Shown here: positions 1 to 10,243 of the stretch, piece by piece
How the letters are laid out: every line of letters begins with the position of its first letter
Position numbering within the stretch: position 1 is the first letter of the stretch
IMG/VR virus record: IMGVR_UViG_3300003691_000001
Location: 1 to 64,000 of that record
Length of the DNA: 64,000 nucleotides
Origin: a virus
Lineage: Duplodnaviria > Heunggongvirae > Uroviricota > Caudoviricetes
Strand: one strand, 5' to 3'
Translations under genes and position numbers: made by a program
Notes under the pieces: model-generated
Told to the model about the DNA's origin: nothing
Databases searched by the model: none
The model's input: only the letters and a program-made list of their open reading frames with translations

Positions 1-2
1 AT

Positions 3-1352
3 GATGGTGACACTGTATCGGCCATCTGGGATGAGCAACAATATGGTAACTACGGTATATATACGAACGTAGTAATGGCCTTATCGGACCTAGCCTGGGG
101 TAGAGAAGTATCTGGTGAATTCCTTACAAAGGAAGAGACGTTAGGTGCAAGGTTCACTAATGGGTGGGAGCACTTCTCACTGGATGTACCGGTTGAAGCG
201 CGATTGAAAGGTACAAAGACAGCTTACCAAGCTATGTGTGCAAAGAAAGAAGATTATCGTATCCTCAATGATGCAATGACCAAGTATAGTCGTAAACATG
301 TGCAGACTGTACTCACCCTGTGTAAGACTGAAAGCGTTGTTCGTAATCAAAAGATAAAGGACCGTACAGCATGGCTTTTGGAAGCATATGATATCAGGGA
401 GAATGCTAGGGGCTTATCTCGATGTTCAAGAGACAACCTCCTCTGGAAGATGATTGCAAGCGCTCCTGCAGGATGGCCAAATGTAAGCTCTAGTGTACTG
501 GGTAGCCTCCTTGATGACTTGGTGAAAGGTATCCCGTTGAAGGTCATCTTAAAGCGCTTTGCAGATAAAATGGACGCGTTGAAGTATATGCGTCCTACTA
601 AAGAAGCCTCTAGCCAAGCTATTGATAAGGCTGAAGAGATCTTTGCAGAAATGGGGTATGGTCCATCACTGCCGCGCCGTTTTGCACGGCCTGAAGAGGT
701 GAATTGCATATGGTACCCTAAGCCACAATGTGTTAGTCGTGATCAAGGATTGTTCTCCAGCCTACGAACCGATAATGTGGATAAACCTCTTAAAGATGGT
801 ACCCTGGTTAGTATAACTCTTGAGAAATTTATACAAAAGGTTGTACCACTTGCACAAGCTATGCGAGCTAAGGTCACAAGTGGTCACCAGAACTTCCAAG
901 CATTCTGTACAGCAGATAACCCAGATGCAAAGAGTATGTTTCAATGGAATAACCAGTTCTCAACCTTTGTATATTCAGGTGGAAGTCCTGGCAGTGCTTG
1001 GTCACTAGATACCGGGTGGATTGATGTTACAGGGATGTCTTACAAGCCTTCTCACTGGGATACTAATATTGATGCACCTATAGGTAACCAAGCTAATGCA
1101 GTATCCTTCCTTTTGAAAGATGCAACACCTACTCGTAACGCAGGCTTAGCTTTGTTTCCTGAGACTTTGAAAGCTGACCTGCATGAAGTACGTAGAGTCA
1201 TTGAACAGTTCTCAAACAAAGGTGTAATGGGTGGTAAGGGTAGTCCTGCAGCTGTTGGATTGACCATAGGCCAATCAGGCAGTGATATTATCTATGTTGA
1301 TGTTGACATGGGTACAATTACTAAATCATATTGCATATCTGGTTGGGAATAG
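3..1352 (+). CDS. Hypothetical protein, 5'-partial. The reading frame is open all the way to the left window edge.
   Basis: Frame 0 is open from nt 3 with no upstream stop. The ATG at 75 is only the first Met inside the window. No motif recognised. Confidence 0.45.
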   Translation, partial: DGDTVSAIWDEQQYGNYGIYTNVVMALSDLAWGREVSGEFLTKEETLGARFTNGWEHFSLDVPVEARLKGTKTAYQAMCAKKEDYRILNDAMTKYSRKHVQTVLTLCKTESVVRNQKIKDRTAWLLEAYDIRENARGLSRCSRDNLLWKMIASAPAGWPNVSSSVLGSLLDDLVKGIPLKVILKRFADKMDALKYMRPTKEASSQAIDKAEEIFAEMGYGPSLPRRFARPEEVNCIWYPKPQCVSRDQGLFSSLRTDNVDKPLKDGTLVSITLEKFIQKVVPLAQAMRAKVTSGHQNFQAFCTADNPDAKSMFQWNNQFSTFVYSGGSPGSAWSLDTGWIDVTGMSYKPSHWDTNIDAPIGNQANAVSFLLKDATPTRNAGLALFPETLKADLHEVRRVIEQFSNKGVMGGKGSPAAVGLTIGQSGSDIIYVDVDMGTITKSYCISGWE

Positions 1353-1353
1353 T

Positions 1354-1794
1354 ATGCAAAAGGTTGAAATGTTCACAGATGGAGCCTGTAAGGGTGACAA
1401 ATCAGGTGGATGGGGTGTTCTCTTGGTGTGTAGAGGGGTGGAGAAGGAACTCTATGGTGGTAAAGTAGATACTACTAACAATGCAATGGAACTTACAGCG
1501 GTTCTTGAGGGTCTAAGAGCCCTTAAGAAACCCTGTGATGTGCACCTGGTCACAGATTCACTGTACGTCCTTAAAGGTGCTACTGAATGGTTCCCAAACT
1601 GGGTGAAGAACGGTTGGAAGACTTCAGGCGGAAAGCAGGTGAAGAATAAAGATTTGTGGATAGTGCTGGATGAAGAGGTAGGTAATCATGATATCACCTG
1701 GGATTGGGTACAAGGTCATACAGGCCATGAAGGTAATGAAAGGGCAGATGCCTTGGCTAATAAAGGTGTGGAGGAGATAAGATGCAAACAGTGA
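1354..1794 (+). CDS. rnhA: Ribonuclease HI
   Basis: Translation contains [25 protein letters not shown] and [15 protein letters not shown], the RNase H catalytic D-E-D-D core. The likely start is the ATG at 1354, inside the track ORF 1282..1794. Confidence 0.8.
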   Translation: MQKVEMFTDGACKGDKSGGWGVLLVCRGVEKELYGGKVDTTNNAMELTAVLEGLRALKKPCDVHLVTDSLYVLKGATEWFPNWVKNGWKTSGGKQVKNKDLWIVLDEEVGNHDITWDWVQGHTGHEGNERADALANKGVEEIRCKQ

Positions 1795-2197
1795 ATGTTT
1801 TAAAACAAGACCTTGAACGTGCACGGTACCTTATGAAGGTTGCTGCAGAGTTCATCATGGAACATGCAGAATATGAAACTAAGTTTTATGACGGAACTAC
1901 ATGCGATGGTGGTTGTCTAAATGATGAACTTATGGTGCAGTCAGAGATGATAGGTGTATATGATGAATAAGAAGTTAATATCTGAAAGGCTTACAGGAAA
2001 GATACAGGCTGTCGCATACCACTCATTCTTTGGAAAGCCTTCTATGGTTGTAGAGGTTGAATATATGCAAACATGGGAGAGGCAGCGCTCTTCACAAGAA
2101 GCACATCTACACGTCGAATGGGACACATGGGAGAAACGCGTATGGAAGAAGGCTACGTGTAGACAGGTGAAGCGTATGGATATAGGGTTTAAAGGAA

Positions 2198-2740
2198 ATG
2201 TCTAAACTTTGGATAGGTAGTGACCTTCATTGGGCACATAAAAACATACACAAGTTCAGGTGTAAGGATAAAGGCTTCTACAGAGACTTTGAAGATGAAA
2301 CAGAACACCGTGAATGGATTAAAGACTGGTGGAAAGCTCATATCCGTAAAAGGGATACAGTCATCTTACTAGGCGATGTAGCCTTTAAAGAGGAAGCATT
2401 ATTGGAGATAGGTACAATGCCTGGAAGGAAAGTACTTGTGAAGGGTAATCATGACCTTAAGAAATCGTGTTACTATGATAAAGTGTTTGATCAAGTACAT
2501 GGGTTATTGAGATATAAACATTGCTGGTTATCTCATGCACCGGTACATCCACAAGAGCTTAGAGAGAAGTTTAATATACACGGACATACACACCACTATG
2601 ATATACCAGATAGCCGGTACACGAATGTATGCGTTGAATCATTGATGAAAATCTTTGGAACCCCTTTCATTGGATGGACGGATCTGGTAGAGTACAGATC
2701 TACACTAGAGACTGAATGTAAGGAGTGCGAGTATGACTGA
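2198..2740 (+). CDS. Calcineurin-like metallophosphoesterase
   Basis: Motifs SDLH, LLGDV, GNHD and HGHTH. Its start overlaps the stop of the upstream ORF. Confidence 0.7.
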   Translation: MSKLWIGSDLHWAHKNIHKFRCKDKGFYRDFEDETEHREWIKDWWKAHIRKRDTVILLGDVAFKEEALLEIGTMPGRKVLVKGNHDLKKSCYYDKVFDQVHGLLRYKHCWLSHAPVHPQELREKFNIHGHTHHYDIPDSRYTNVCVESLMKIFGTPFIGWTDLVEYRSTLETECKECEYD

Positions 2741-3200
2741 TTACTTGTTTCATGCAAAAACAACAGCAAGAGATGGAAGTGTTTATGATACACAAGCTAC
2801 CTGGGCTACGGATAAGCGCCCAACCCTGGAGGACATCGAAGGTATTCAGGAAGAACTTAAGGAGAGGAATAACTCCATTAGCGTAGTTATACTAGGATTT
2901 ACTGAATTAGGACCTAAAGATGCAGAGTGAAAATAAGAAGGTTGTCATCATAACAGGAGGCGGTCATGGGATAATCGGTGCAGAGGTAGTACTTGCAATG
3001 CAGAGGTGTATGGACATGTACATTATCCCCGCAGAAGATATTGAAGAGGAAATGTTTGACTGCACATCTCTAGAAGCACAAATACTTGCAATGGAAACTG
3101 CAGCACTCACAATGAATGACCCTGAGCCTGTGCATTGTAAATCGTGGCATGGTAGACAGGGCAAATCCAAAGATAAGAAAGCAAGACGACAAGATAGGGG

Positions 3201-4220
3201 ATGGGATTGATGAGTAAATTAAAGATTACGATGGTTCGGATAAATACCGGTGCATATCTTACAGCAGGAAGCTATTCAAACGGATTCTCCAGTCACTATA
3301 GAATTAATAAGGGAGTGAATGGTGAAGGTGAGAAGACCCCACTATCCAAATGGGAGTACTTCCCAGGCCTTTTGGATGTTATTAGCATAGAAAGAAAGAC
3401 TGCAGATAAGCGTGAGTACACGCACTGGACCCTTGTGGACCCAGAGTTAATGTCAGAGAAGATTCCTGCAACTCTCGAAACTGAGCAGCTTCACTATGAT
3501 AGTGATTATTACTGGGGTGATATGAAGCACCTTGGATCGCTGTACGAGAAGGCGTATGATGTCACACCTGGTGGGTGGGTGGATGAGGAGTTTGAAGTTG
3601 TTCAACAGACTAGTTATGATGTGGATGTTGTTGATCCCCCAGTAGACTTTAAAGTCTACAAAATTGGTAATAACAGTTATATTGGGAAAGATGTTTATGG
3701 AGCGCATCCTAAGACAGACACTATTGAACAACTCTTGTACCCTGACATTATACAGCAGTACCGGCCTTGCCACCTAACATCGCAAGAGACATATAATATT
3801 ATACGGCACTGTATTAAGAATAATATTGATCCCACAAGGGCTGAAATCACTTCAGACTATGACTTCTGTTTCACAGTGAAGAAGAAAGTTGCATTAAAAC
3901 CTTTCACTATCACCACTGAAGTTAAGAAGAAGGGTGGCGGAAGCTATGTACGTCCAAGGTTTAGTAGTAAAACTACATCCCATAAGACAGTAGACCTCTT
4001 CGAGATGACCCATGGGGGGAAGAAGTACGGGGGATATACTGTAGTAAAAGGTTTTAAAGGCGAGAATCAAGAAGACCTTAAAAACAACATAGATGCATAC
4101 CTTACAGATCTTATGGTATACATCAACATGCCTATACACGAATGTGAAAACTGTAAAGGCCTTGGAAGCATTGTTGTGAAAGGTTATAAACTGAACGGGG
4201 GTGAAGGGCGTGAAGAATGA
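3201..4220 (+). CDS. Hypothetical protein, 339 aa
   Basis: Long ORF packed tightly with overlapping neighbours. No motif recognised. C-terminal CENC pair. Confidence 0.5.
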   Translation: MGLMSKLKITMVRINTGAYLTAGSYSNGFSSHYRINKGVNGEGEKTPLSKWEYFPGLLDVISIERKTADKREYTHWTLVDPELMSEKIPATLETEQLHYDSDYYWGDMKHLGSLYEKAYDVTPGGWVDEEFEVVQQTSYDVDVVDPPVDFKVYKIGNNSYIGKDVYGAHPKTDTIEQLLYPDIIQQYRPCHLTSQETYNIIRHCIKNNIDPTRAEITSDYDFCFTVKKKVALKPFTITTEVKKKGGGSYVRPRFSSKTTSHKTVDLFEMTHGGKKYGGYTVVKGFKGENQEDLKNNIDAYLTDLMVYINMPIHECENCKGLGSIVVKGYKLNGGEGREE

Positions 4221-4860
4221 TTTAGTAGTTATACTGCACGGATTAGAATCTAATGCACTTGTGATGAAAGGCTTTGAAAGATCCTACAAAAGAGCAGGAT
4301 TTGATGTGTACAATAGCACATATAGATGTGGTAGGCGTAGGTTTAAAACGGTTGCGGAGGATGTCCGTAAAGAGATTGACCATGTTACACGTGGGTATAA
4401 TAAAGTGCACTTTGTATGCCACAGCCTTGGCGGATTGATTGTAAGATACTACATTGGAAACCGTAGAAATAAAGAGTATTACATTGGAAAGATCATCACC
4501 ATGTCTACACCACACAGAGGTGCATTCTGGGCAGATGATGTGCCGTACGGGCTACAGATAGGTTACACACTCTTTGGGAAGAAGATGGTGAACAGCCTAC
4601 AAGACTATGGGATGATTAATAACTTACCGAAATTGTCACCGTACCAAACGCTGTGTATAACCACGGATAAGAACTTTACACTTGCTAACCCCCTTAGTTG
4701 GATTATCAACAAATACGTTACTGAACCCAATGATGGGTTTGTAACTAAAAGGGGTATGACTCTTGTAGGAAGCGATACTAAGAACTTCCATCTAGACCAC
4801 CTATATATGTGTTTGGATAAAGAGCTTATCAAATATACTACAAAGTACCTTCTGAAATGA
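4201..4860 (+). CDS. Alpha/beta-hydrolase, lipase/esterase-like (DUF676/PGAP1-like)
   Basis: N-terminal VVILHGL, nucleophile elbow CHSLGG, and downstream D/H candidates. Confidence 0.6.
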   Translation: MKGVKNDLVVILHGLESNALVMKGFERSYKRAGFDVYNSTYRCGRRRFKTVAEDVRKEIDHVTRGYNKVHFVCHSLGGLIVRYYIGNRRNKEYYIGKIITMSTPHRGAFWADDVPYGLQIGYTLFGKKMVNSLQDYGMINNLPKLSPYQTLCITTDKNFTLANPLSWIINKYVTEPNDGFVTKRGMTLVGSDTKNFHLDHLYMCLDKELIKYTTKYLLK

Positions 4861-5220
4861 AGGTGCCACGCAAGATCTTCACAGACTTTATAGAGGACTT
4901 AAAGGATAAGAGCCCTTCTATAGCCCTACGATACCAGGTGCACTTGAATCCTGTGAAGAAGATTGAGTACATCTGCTACAAGGATCATGTAGGGACTTTC
5001 TACATTGAATCAGAGGAATGTTATATATGGAGCTAATAGTTGAAAGGTCTAGTGAGGTAAGGATGTATACTTTCTGGGTACGTTTTAATGAAAGTCCTCC
5101 TATAAAGTTCGTCAGAAACTATGAAGAGCGGTGGATAATGTATACCATATCAGGAGCGAACTATGTTACTGATACTGATCTTATATTTAAGCTTGAGAAG
5201 TTCTACATAGAAGAGTACAC

Positions 5221-5310
5221 GTAGGAGCCCCTATAAGCCTCTGTGAGAGGTTTTAACGGGCAACCTATACCATTACTAGGGGTAGAGTCTACACCCCTCA
5301 CAGAGCAAGG
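5221..5310. repeat. Structured intergenic element, copy A. Shares conserved blocks with 47894..47986.
   Basis: Blocks gtaggagc, ctctgtgagagg..cccctcacagagcaa (long-range inverted repeat) and taggggtag(agtctac)acccc hairpin. Sits in a 94-nt gap between ORFs. Confidence 0.4.
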
Positions 5311-5318
5311 GGAGAAGG

Positions 5319-5570
5319 ATGAAGATATATGTATGCGATGCATGTGGTGCACAAAGTGAAAAGGGTATTAATAGGGTAGAGATTCCATGCCACCATTGGT
5401 CGTTTAATAATCAAACAGGATTCGTGGATAATGAGTTTAACCGTGTAAGCGGTAGACTTGATGTAGTAGATCTGTGTAACTCTTGTTACAACCTCGCATG
5501 GGCTCCATTGGCGAATACCATTAGAGAGATACGGTCACAAGTTCAGGGTGATAAAGATGCAGCCGTATGA
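5319..5570 (+). CDS. Small Cys-rich, zinc-ribbon-like protein
   Basis: CDAC...CHHW...CNSC cysteine pairs. Confidence 0.4.
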   Translation: MKIYVCDACGAQSEKGINRVEIPCHHWSFNNQTGFVDNEFNRVSGRLDVVDLCNSCYNLAWAPLANTIREIRSQVQGDKDAAV

Positions 5571-6009
5571 AGAAGTGTTTAGGGAGGTTATGTTCTACAT
5601 GGGATGCTCATGCTCCGGAGCTATAATTTTAATGGTGATAGGAATCATGTTCTCAGAGATCTTTAGGAAGGGTACCGTACAAAACCGTATACCCAGAGTA
5701 GTAGGTACCCATAGTAACACATGGAAGGATGGGTTTTGCTGGGAGTACGTGTGGAGTAGGCACCAATACCATGGAAAGAATGTAGATTATTTAGAGTGGC
5801 TAGATGACATGCTGGAAAGTAGTCATAATGCACCTCCTTTATGGCATCCAAGCTTTAAATGGGGGTTGACACACAACAAGAGTAATAAAACCTTACACCT
5901 GTCTTGGAGTAGAATCATCAGTGAGCCGGTATCGAATACAGAGACGAAGGAAACGACTTCGTACTGGAAAGAAATTAGAGACAAAGATTATAGGAGTCAT
6001 GTTCAATGA
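5548..6009 (+). CDS. Hypothetical membrane protein
   Basis: N-terminal hydrophobic helix GAIILMVIGIMFSEIF. Confidence 0.35.
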   Translation: MIKMQPYEEVFREVMFYMGCSCSGAIILMVIGIMFSEIFRKGTVQNRIPRVVGTHSNTWKDGFCWEYVWSRHQYHGKNVDYLEWLDDMLESSHNAPPLWHPSFKWGLTHNKSNKTLHLSWSRIISEPVSNTETKETTSYWKEIRDKDYRSHVQ

Positions 6010-6249
6010 GTGAAAAATTCATAGTTGAAAGTGTTGAGCAGTGCATATTTAGCAGAGTAGAGATAAAGGGCGAGACTTATGAGCGCCATGGGAAAGATAA
6101 ATGGCTACAGGATATGGACTGTTCACTAGAGTGTGTGCCTTTTCATATGGAGAAGCCTCTTGAAGAGGCTTATCAGAAGTATATACTAGAAGAGTTCAAT
6201 GATTATAGGACTCATGAACAAAATACATTCTTAGGTATCAAGGGGCTAT

Positions 6250-6720
6250 ATGAATAACACGTACCGAGTTATTGTAGCAGGAGGTAGGAAGTTCTGTTCT
6301 ATGCCAACCAACCCTAATAGTAAGAAGCGTAAGATGATGCGGTTCATGGGTGAAGAGATCCAAACAGCTCTTGCAAAAATCTCTGCAATCCTTACACCTG
6401 AGAGAGTGGCAGGTAGGAAGGTGGAGATTATATGCGGAATGGCCATGGGTGCAGACACTGTAGGCCGGTACTGGGCAGAGTTCAACCAGGACGTAACAAT
6501 CTCCTACTGGGAGCCAGATTGGTACCCTAAGGGACAATATTTCAAAGGTGCAGGCCACCTTCGTAACTGCGAGATGGGTGATCATGCTAGTGAAGAGGAT
6601 GGACTACTTATCGATTTTTATGATGGTGAAAGCCCTGGAAGTAAACAGATGATTAACTACGCTGCACAGATCGGCCTTGAAACAATTATTGTGCCATACG
6701 ATGCAGAGGATTATCCATGA
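6250..6720 (+). CDS. SLOG-superfamily protein (DUF2493/YspA-like)
   Basis: VIVAGGRKF and ICGMAMGADTVGRYWA, the GGR..GxxxGAD Rossmann signature of the SMF/DprA-LOG class. Confidence 0.55.
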   Translation: MNNTYRVIVAGGRKFCSMPTNPNSKKRKMMRFMGEEIQTALAKISAILTPERVAGRKVEIICGMAMGADTVGRYWAEFNQDVTISYWEPDWYPKGQYFKGAGHLRNCEMGDHASEEDGLLIDFYDGESPGSKQMINYAAQIGLETIIVPYDAEDYP

Positions 6721-6886
6721 AGTCTATACCATTAAGTGATGATTTTGTAGATGAGATCGTGACAGAACAGATGAAGTGGGTACACCTGGACGCAGAGGAT
6801 GTTAAGACCAGGGAAGCAGCACTGGTAGTACTTAGGTACTATATGCTTGAAGCGGATTTCCTTAAATGGCTGAAGGATAGAGAGTA

Positions 6887-9661
6887 ATGGCTGATGGACA
6901 TACAGGCTATAAAGGCAACAAGCCTAGCTATACAAGAAAGACTACTGCAAGATTTAAGGGGATACCTTTGCAAACCGTTGAAGATGTATTACAATTTAAA
7001 ATAGTTTCAATACCTGAACGAGGTATTACAACGAAGACAGCACAGCACTTTGGTGTTAGAACAGAAATGAGTAAAGCAGATGGACATACACCTGTTGCAC
7101 ATTACTTTCCATATACCGAAGATAGTAAGGTTGAAGGGAAAATTGAAAAGAAGGTTGTAGGGTATAAGAAGAGAGATCTTACAAAGCATAAGAAAGAGGA
7201 CGGCCACTTCACCACCATAGGGATTATGAAGCCTGAAGTAGTTGACCTGTTTGGTACAGACTGTGGAAACGTATCTGGAGGTAAGAAGGTGTGGACTACA
7301 GAAGGTGAGTATGATTCAATGATATGCTATCAAGCTATCAAGGCTGAACACTCATCAGGAAACCCCACTGTACTTTCCATAGGATTCGGTGCACCTAATG
7401 CTGTGAAGCATATTGGCCAGAAGCACTGTATGAAGTATCTGAACAAGTTTAAAGAGAAAGTCTTTGCATTCGATAATGACAAGGCTTCAATAGATGAACG
7501 TGCTAAAGGGATCATGCGCGGTAATGAAGCCACTGCAGCAGTGTATGGTCTTATTCCAGACTGTACCGTAGCTATGCTTCCAGACGGCAAAGACCCTTCA
7601 GAGATGTTTAATGATGACCCCTCCTCCTCTGAACTGTTCTGGGCACTGATGAAACCAATCAAATATAAGCCTGAAGGCTTCATCATGTATAGTGAAATAC
7701 GTGATAAAGCTGTTGAAATGCCTTACTTAGGTAAAGGCTGGCCATGGCCTACACTGTTCAAGAAGACTCTTGGACGCAGGCTTGGCGAAGGGTACTACAT
7801 CGGGGCAGGGGTTAAAGCGGGGAAGTGCTTCTTAAAAGGTACGGAAGTCCGTATGTTCGATGGAAGTGTCAAGAACGTTGAAGATGTTGTAACTGGTGAT
7901 GAAGTGATGGGATGGGACAGTACAAAACGTACTGTACTCTCTACTCACTCTGGCCGCGATGAGATGTACGAAGTAAAGCAAGCTCAAGGGAAGAACTATA
8001 TTGTTAACTCTCAGCACACTCTTGTACTGAGGGATTCGGGGAAGAAAGGTCAACTGGTTGAAAGATCTGTAGAGGATTTATATAATGCCTATGGAGACTC
8101 CAACCCTTTACGAGATTTGAAGGGATTTCATTCACCTATTGAATACCCTGAGAAACCTACTGGACTAGATCCTTACACCCTTGGCGTGTGGATGGGTGAT
8201 GGAAGTAGATGCGATAATAGACTTCATCTTGAAAAACAGGATAGTGAATACATCCTGCCGCGATGTTTACCGGTGTCACTGTTTGAAAGTAGCAAAGAGG
8301 GTATGCATGAAGGTGTTATAACAGGTCAGAAAGCGTACTTCTCTTCTTTCAAAGGAAGGAAGTACATTCCTGAGGATATCTTAACAAACTCCAGAAGAGT
8401 TCGTATGGAGGCACTTGCAGGATGGATAGATACAGATGGGCATAAAGATACTCGTAAAGGGTGTAGTTATGAGATTATAACTAAGGACTATTCGCTTGCT
8501 CTAACAGGACAAGAGTTGATGAGATCCCTTGGCTTAAGAGTATCGGTTCGACAGGTAGAGAAAGGTATTAAAGAAACTGGCTTCGTAGGGAAATACTATC
8601 GAATGCTCTTTTCAGGAGACCTGAGAGAAGTACCTATACAGGTGCCTCGTAAAAAATGTACAGAACCTCCTAAGAAAGACCCAACAGTTTCGGCAGTTAA
8701 GCTCTTTCACTTGAAAGAATGCCAATACTACGGATTTGAGACAGACGGAGATCACAAGTTTGTATTGAAGGATTATACTGTTGTACACAATAGTGAATTC
8801 GCTAACAAGCTCATCCAATACATCATCGAGAATGAAAAAGATGTAGACGGTAACGCGCAGAAGGTTGCAGTGTTCAAGTTTGAAGAGGAACCCGACTACA
8901 CTGTGAAGAAAGTTGCAGGGAAGTTCTACAAGAAAGACTTCACCAACCCTGAAAAGATTATCTTCATAGGTGATGAGGGAAAGGAAAAGGATATCTATGG
9001 CTATAACATTATCGATAAGTCAAGCTTCTTCACGCAAGAGGAGATGGAGTATGCTGTTGACACTGTAGGCCCTAACTTGGTAATGTACAATGCCTATGGC
9101 AGTTGTAGATGGGCAGAATTAAAAGGTGCTATCCGACACGCTGTACTGGTTGAACATATTGTAGATATTATTATAGATCCAATATCACGGTTGACATCTG
9201 GTATGACAGCCTCTGAAGCGAATCAAGAGCTTGAAATGTTTGCAGATGAAATTAGCAAGATGAGTAAAGACCTTGGGTTCACTTATTACTGCTTCTCTCA
9301 CCTTAAGCAGCCTACACATGGACCACTCCATGAATTTGGTGGTAAGGTGCAATCTGGACAGTTCACGGGTAGCCGTGCAATGACTCGATGCACCTACTAC
9401 ACTTTTGGTATAGAGCGTAATAAAGATCCTGAACTGGGTGAAAAGGTATTTAACACTAGTTACCTTGTAATACTTGATGACCGTAAGCATGGGAGGACTG
9501 CAAAGATTCCAATGTGGTATGACTCAGACACTGGAGATTACATTGAATCTAGCATGGAGTTCATTGAGGATGAAAGCTGTGCAACGTGGAAAGAGTGGAT
9601 AAACAGGCAAGCAGAGATTGCTGAATATGCCGATGTTCCTGGAGCAGATGAAGAATTTTAG
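6887..9661 (+). CDS. Primase-helicase (toprim plus DnaB-like helicase) containing an intein
   Basis: Toprim TEGEYDSMICYQAIK. Walker A GAGVKAGK | intein | SEFANK. Helicase motifs follow (LVEHIVDIIIDPIS, arginine-finger region). Confidence 0.8.
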   Translation: MADGHTGYKGNKPSYTRKTTARFKGIPLQTVEDVLQFKIVSIPERGITTKTAQHFGVRTEMSKADGHTPVAHYFPYTEDSKVEGKIEKKVVGYKKRDLTKHKKEDGHFTTIGIMKPEVVDLFGTDCGNVSGGKKVWTTEGEYDSMICYQAIKAEHSSGNPTVLSIGFGAPNAVKHIGQKHCMKYLNKFKEKVFAFDNDKASIDERAKGIMRGNEATAAVYGLIPDCTVAMLPDGKDPSEMFNDDPSSSELFWALMKPIKYKPEGFIMYSEIRDKAVEMPYLGKGWPWPTLFKKTLGRRLGEGYYIGAGVKAGKCFLKGTEVRMFDGSVKNVEDVVTGDEVMGWDSTKRTVLSTHSGRDEMYEVKQAQGKNYIVNSQHTLVLRDSGKKGQLVERSVEDLYNAYGDSNPLRDLKGFHSPIEYPEKPTGLDPYTLGVWMGDGSRCDNRLHLEKQDSEYILPRCLPVSLFESSKEGMHEGVITGQKAYFSSFKGRKYIPEDILTNSRRVRMEALAGWIDTDGHKDTRKGCSYEIITKDYSLALTGQELMRSLGLRVSVRQVEKGIKETGFVGKYYRMLFSGDLREVPIQVPRKKCTEPPKKDPTVSAVKLFHLKECQYYGFETDGDHKFVLKDYTVVHNSEFANKLIQYIIENEKDVDGNAQKVAVFKFEEEPDYTVKKVAGKFYKKDFTNPEKIIFIGDEGKEKDIYGYNIIDKSSFFTQEEMEYAVDTVGPNLVMYNAYGSCRWAELKGAIRHAVLVEHIVDIIIDPISRLTSGMTASEANQELEMFADEISKMSKDLGFTYYCFSHLKQPTHGPLHEFGGKVQSGQFTGSRAMTRCTYYTFGIERNKDPELGEKVFNTSYLVILDDRKHGRTAKIPMWYDSDTGDYIESSMEFIEDESCATWKEWINRQAEIAEYADVPGADEEF
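7826..8791 (+). mobile_element. Intein (322 aa) with a LAGLIDADG homing-endonuclease domain, inserted in the helicase P-loop
   Basis: N-terminal splice block CFLKGTEVRMFDG. LAGLIDADG motifs LGVWMGDGS and LAGWIDTDG. C-terminal TVVHN followed by +1 Ser. In frame with the host protein. Confidence 0.8.
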
Positions 9662-9664
9662 GAG

Positions 9665-10243
9665 ATGAGTATGAGTAACACAGATAACACATACAGCCAA
9701 GACTTCAGCGATGCAGAGTACAGACGGGCTCCTGTACCATACGAAGAGTTTGTAAGTACATCGGGTGAAACCATGTGCAGGCTTGAATGGGGGCAGGTAC
9801 AGAAAGTCTCCAACAGAGGCCTGACTACTCGCATTCTTAATCAAAAAGATGAGATAGAGCACATCTCAGAGACGTATATCAAGTTGAAAAGGGAGAAAGA
9901 AGGGGCTGTACATAGCCTTAAGCACTGTAGAGGACGACTCAGAGAGGAGTTGCAGCGGGGGGAAACCCTTCGTACAGCCCTCAAGCAAAGGTCTGAATGC
10001 CTTGAGAAAAGTCAAGGAGACCTGCATCAGGCTCTTGTACGAGTTGGAGACCTTGAAGATCAGGCACAGGCGATGCAAAAGGAGATCAAGGCTCAGATGC
10101 ATAAAGTAAACCTAAGTGAAACACTAATTTACGCCCAAAAAGATAAGATAGAAGTACTGGAACAGGACAAATCTGATGCATCTTGGGCTGCAGAGAATCA
10201 GAGGATTAGTGACATGAATCGAGAGGCAGGAGTATGGAGGTAA
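9665..10243 (+). CDS. Coiled-coil hypothetical protein
   Basis: Heptad-rich, E/Q/L-rich translation. Lies between the helicase and the polymerase. Confidence 0.4.
   Translation: MSMSNTDNTYSQDFSDAEYRRAPVPYEEFVSTSGETMCRLEWGQVQKVSNRGLTTRILNQKDEIEHISETYIKLKREKEGAVHSLKHCRGRLREELQRGETLRTALKQRSECLEKSQGDLHQALVRVGDLEDQAQAMQKEIKAQMHKVNLSETLIYAQKDKIEVLEQDKSDASWAAENQRISDMNREAGVWR

Noticed and set aside
5221-5310. Repeated structured element read as a tRNA gene
   Set aside because: No cloverleaf could be drawn. There is no T-loop GTTCRANYC and no D-loop consensus, and the 3-nt hairpin loop and long closing stem are not tRNA-like.
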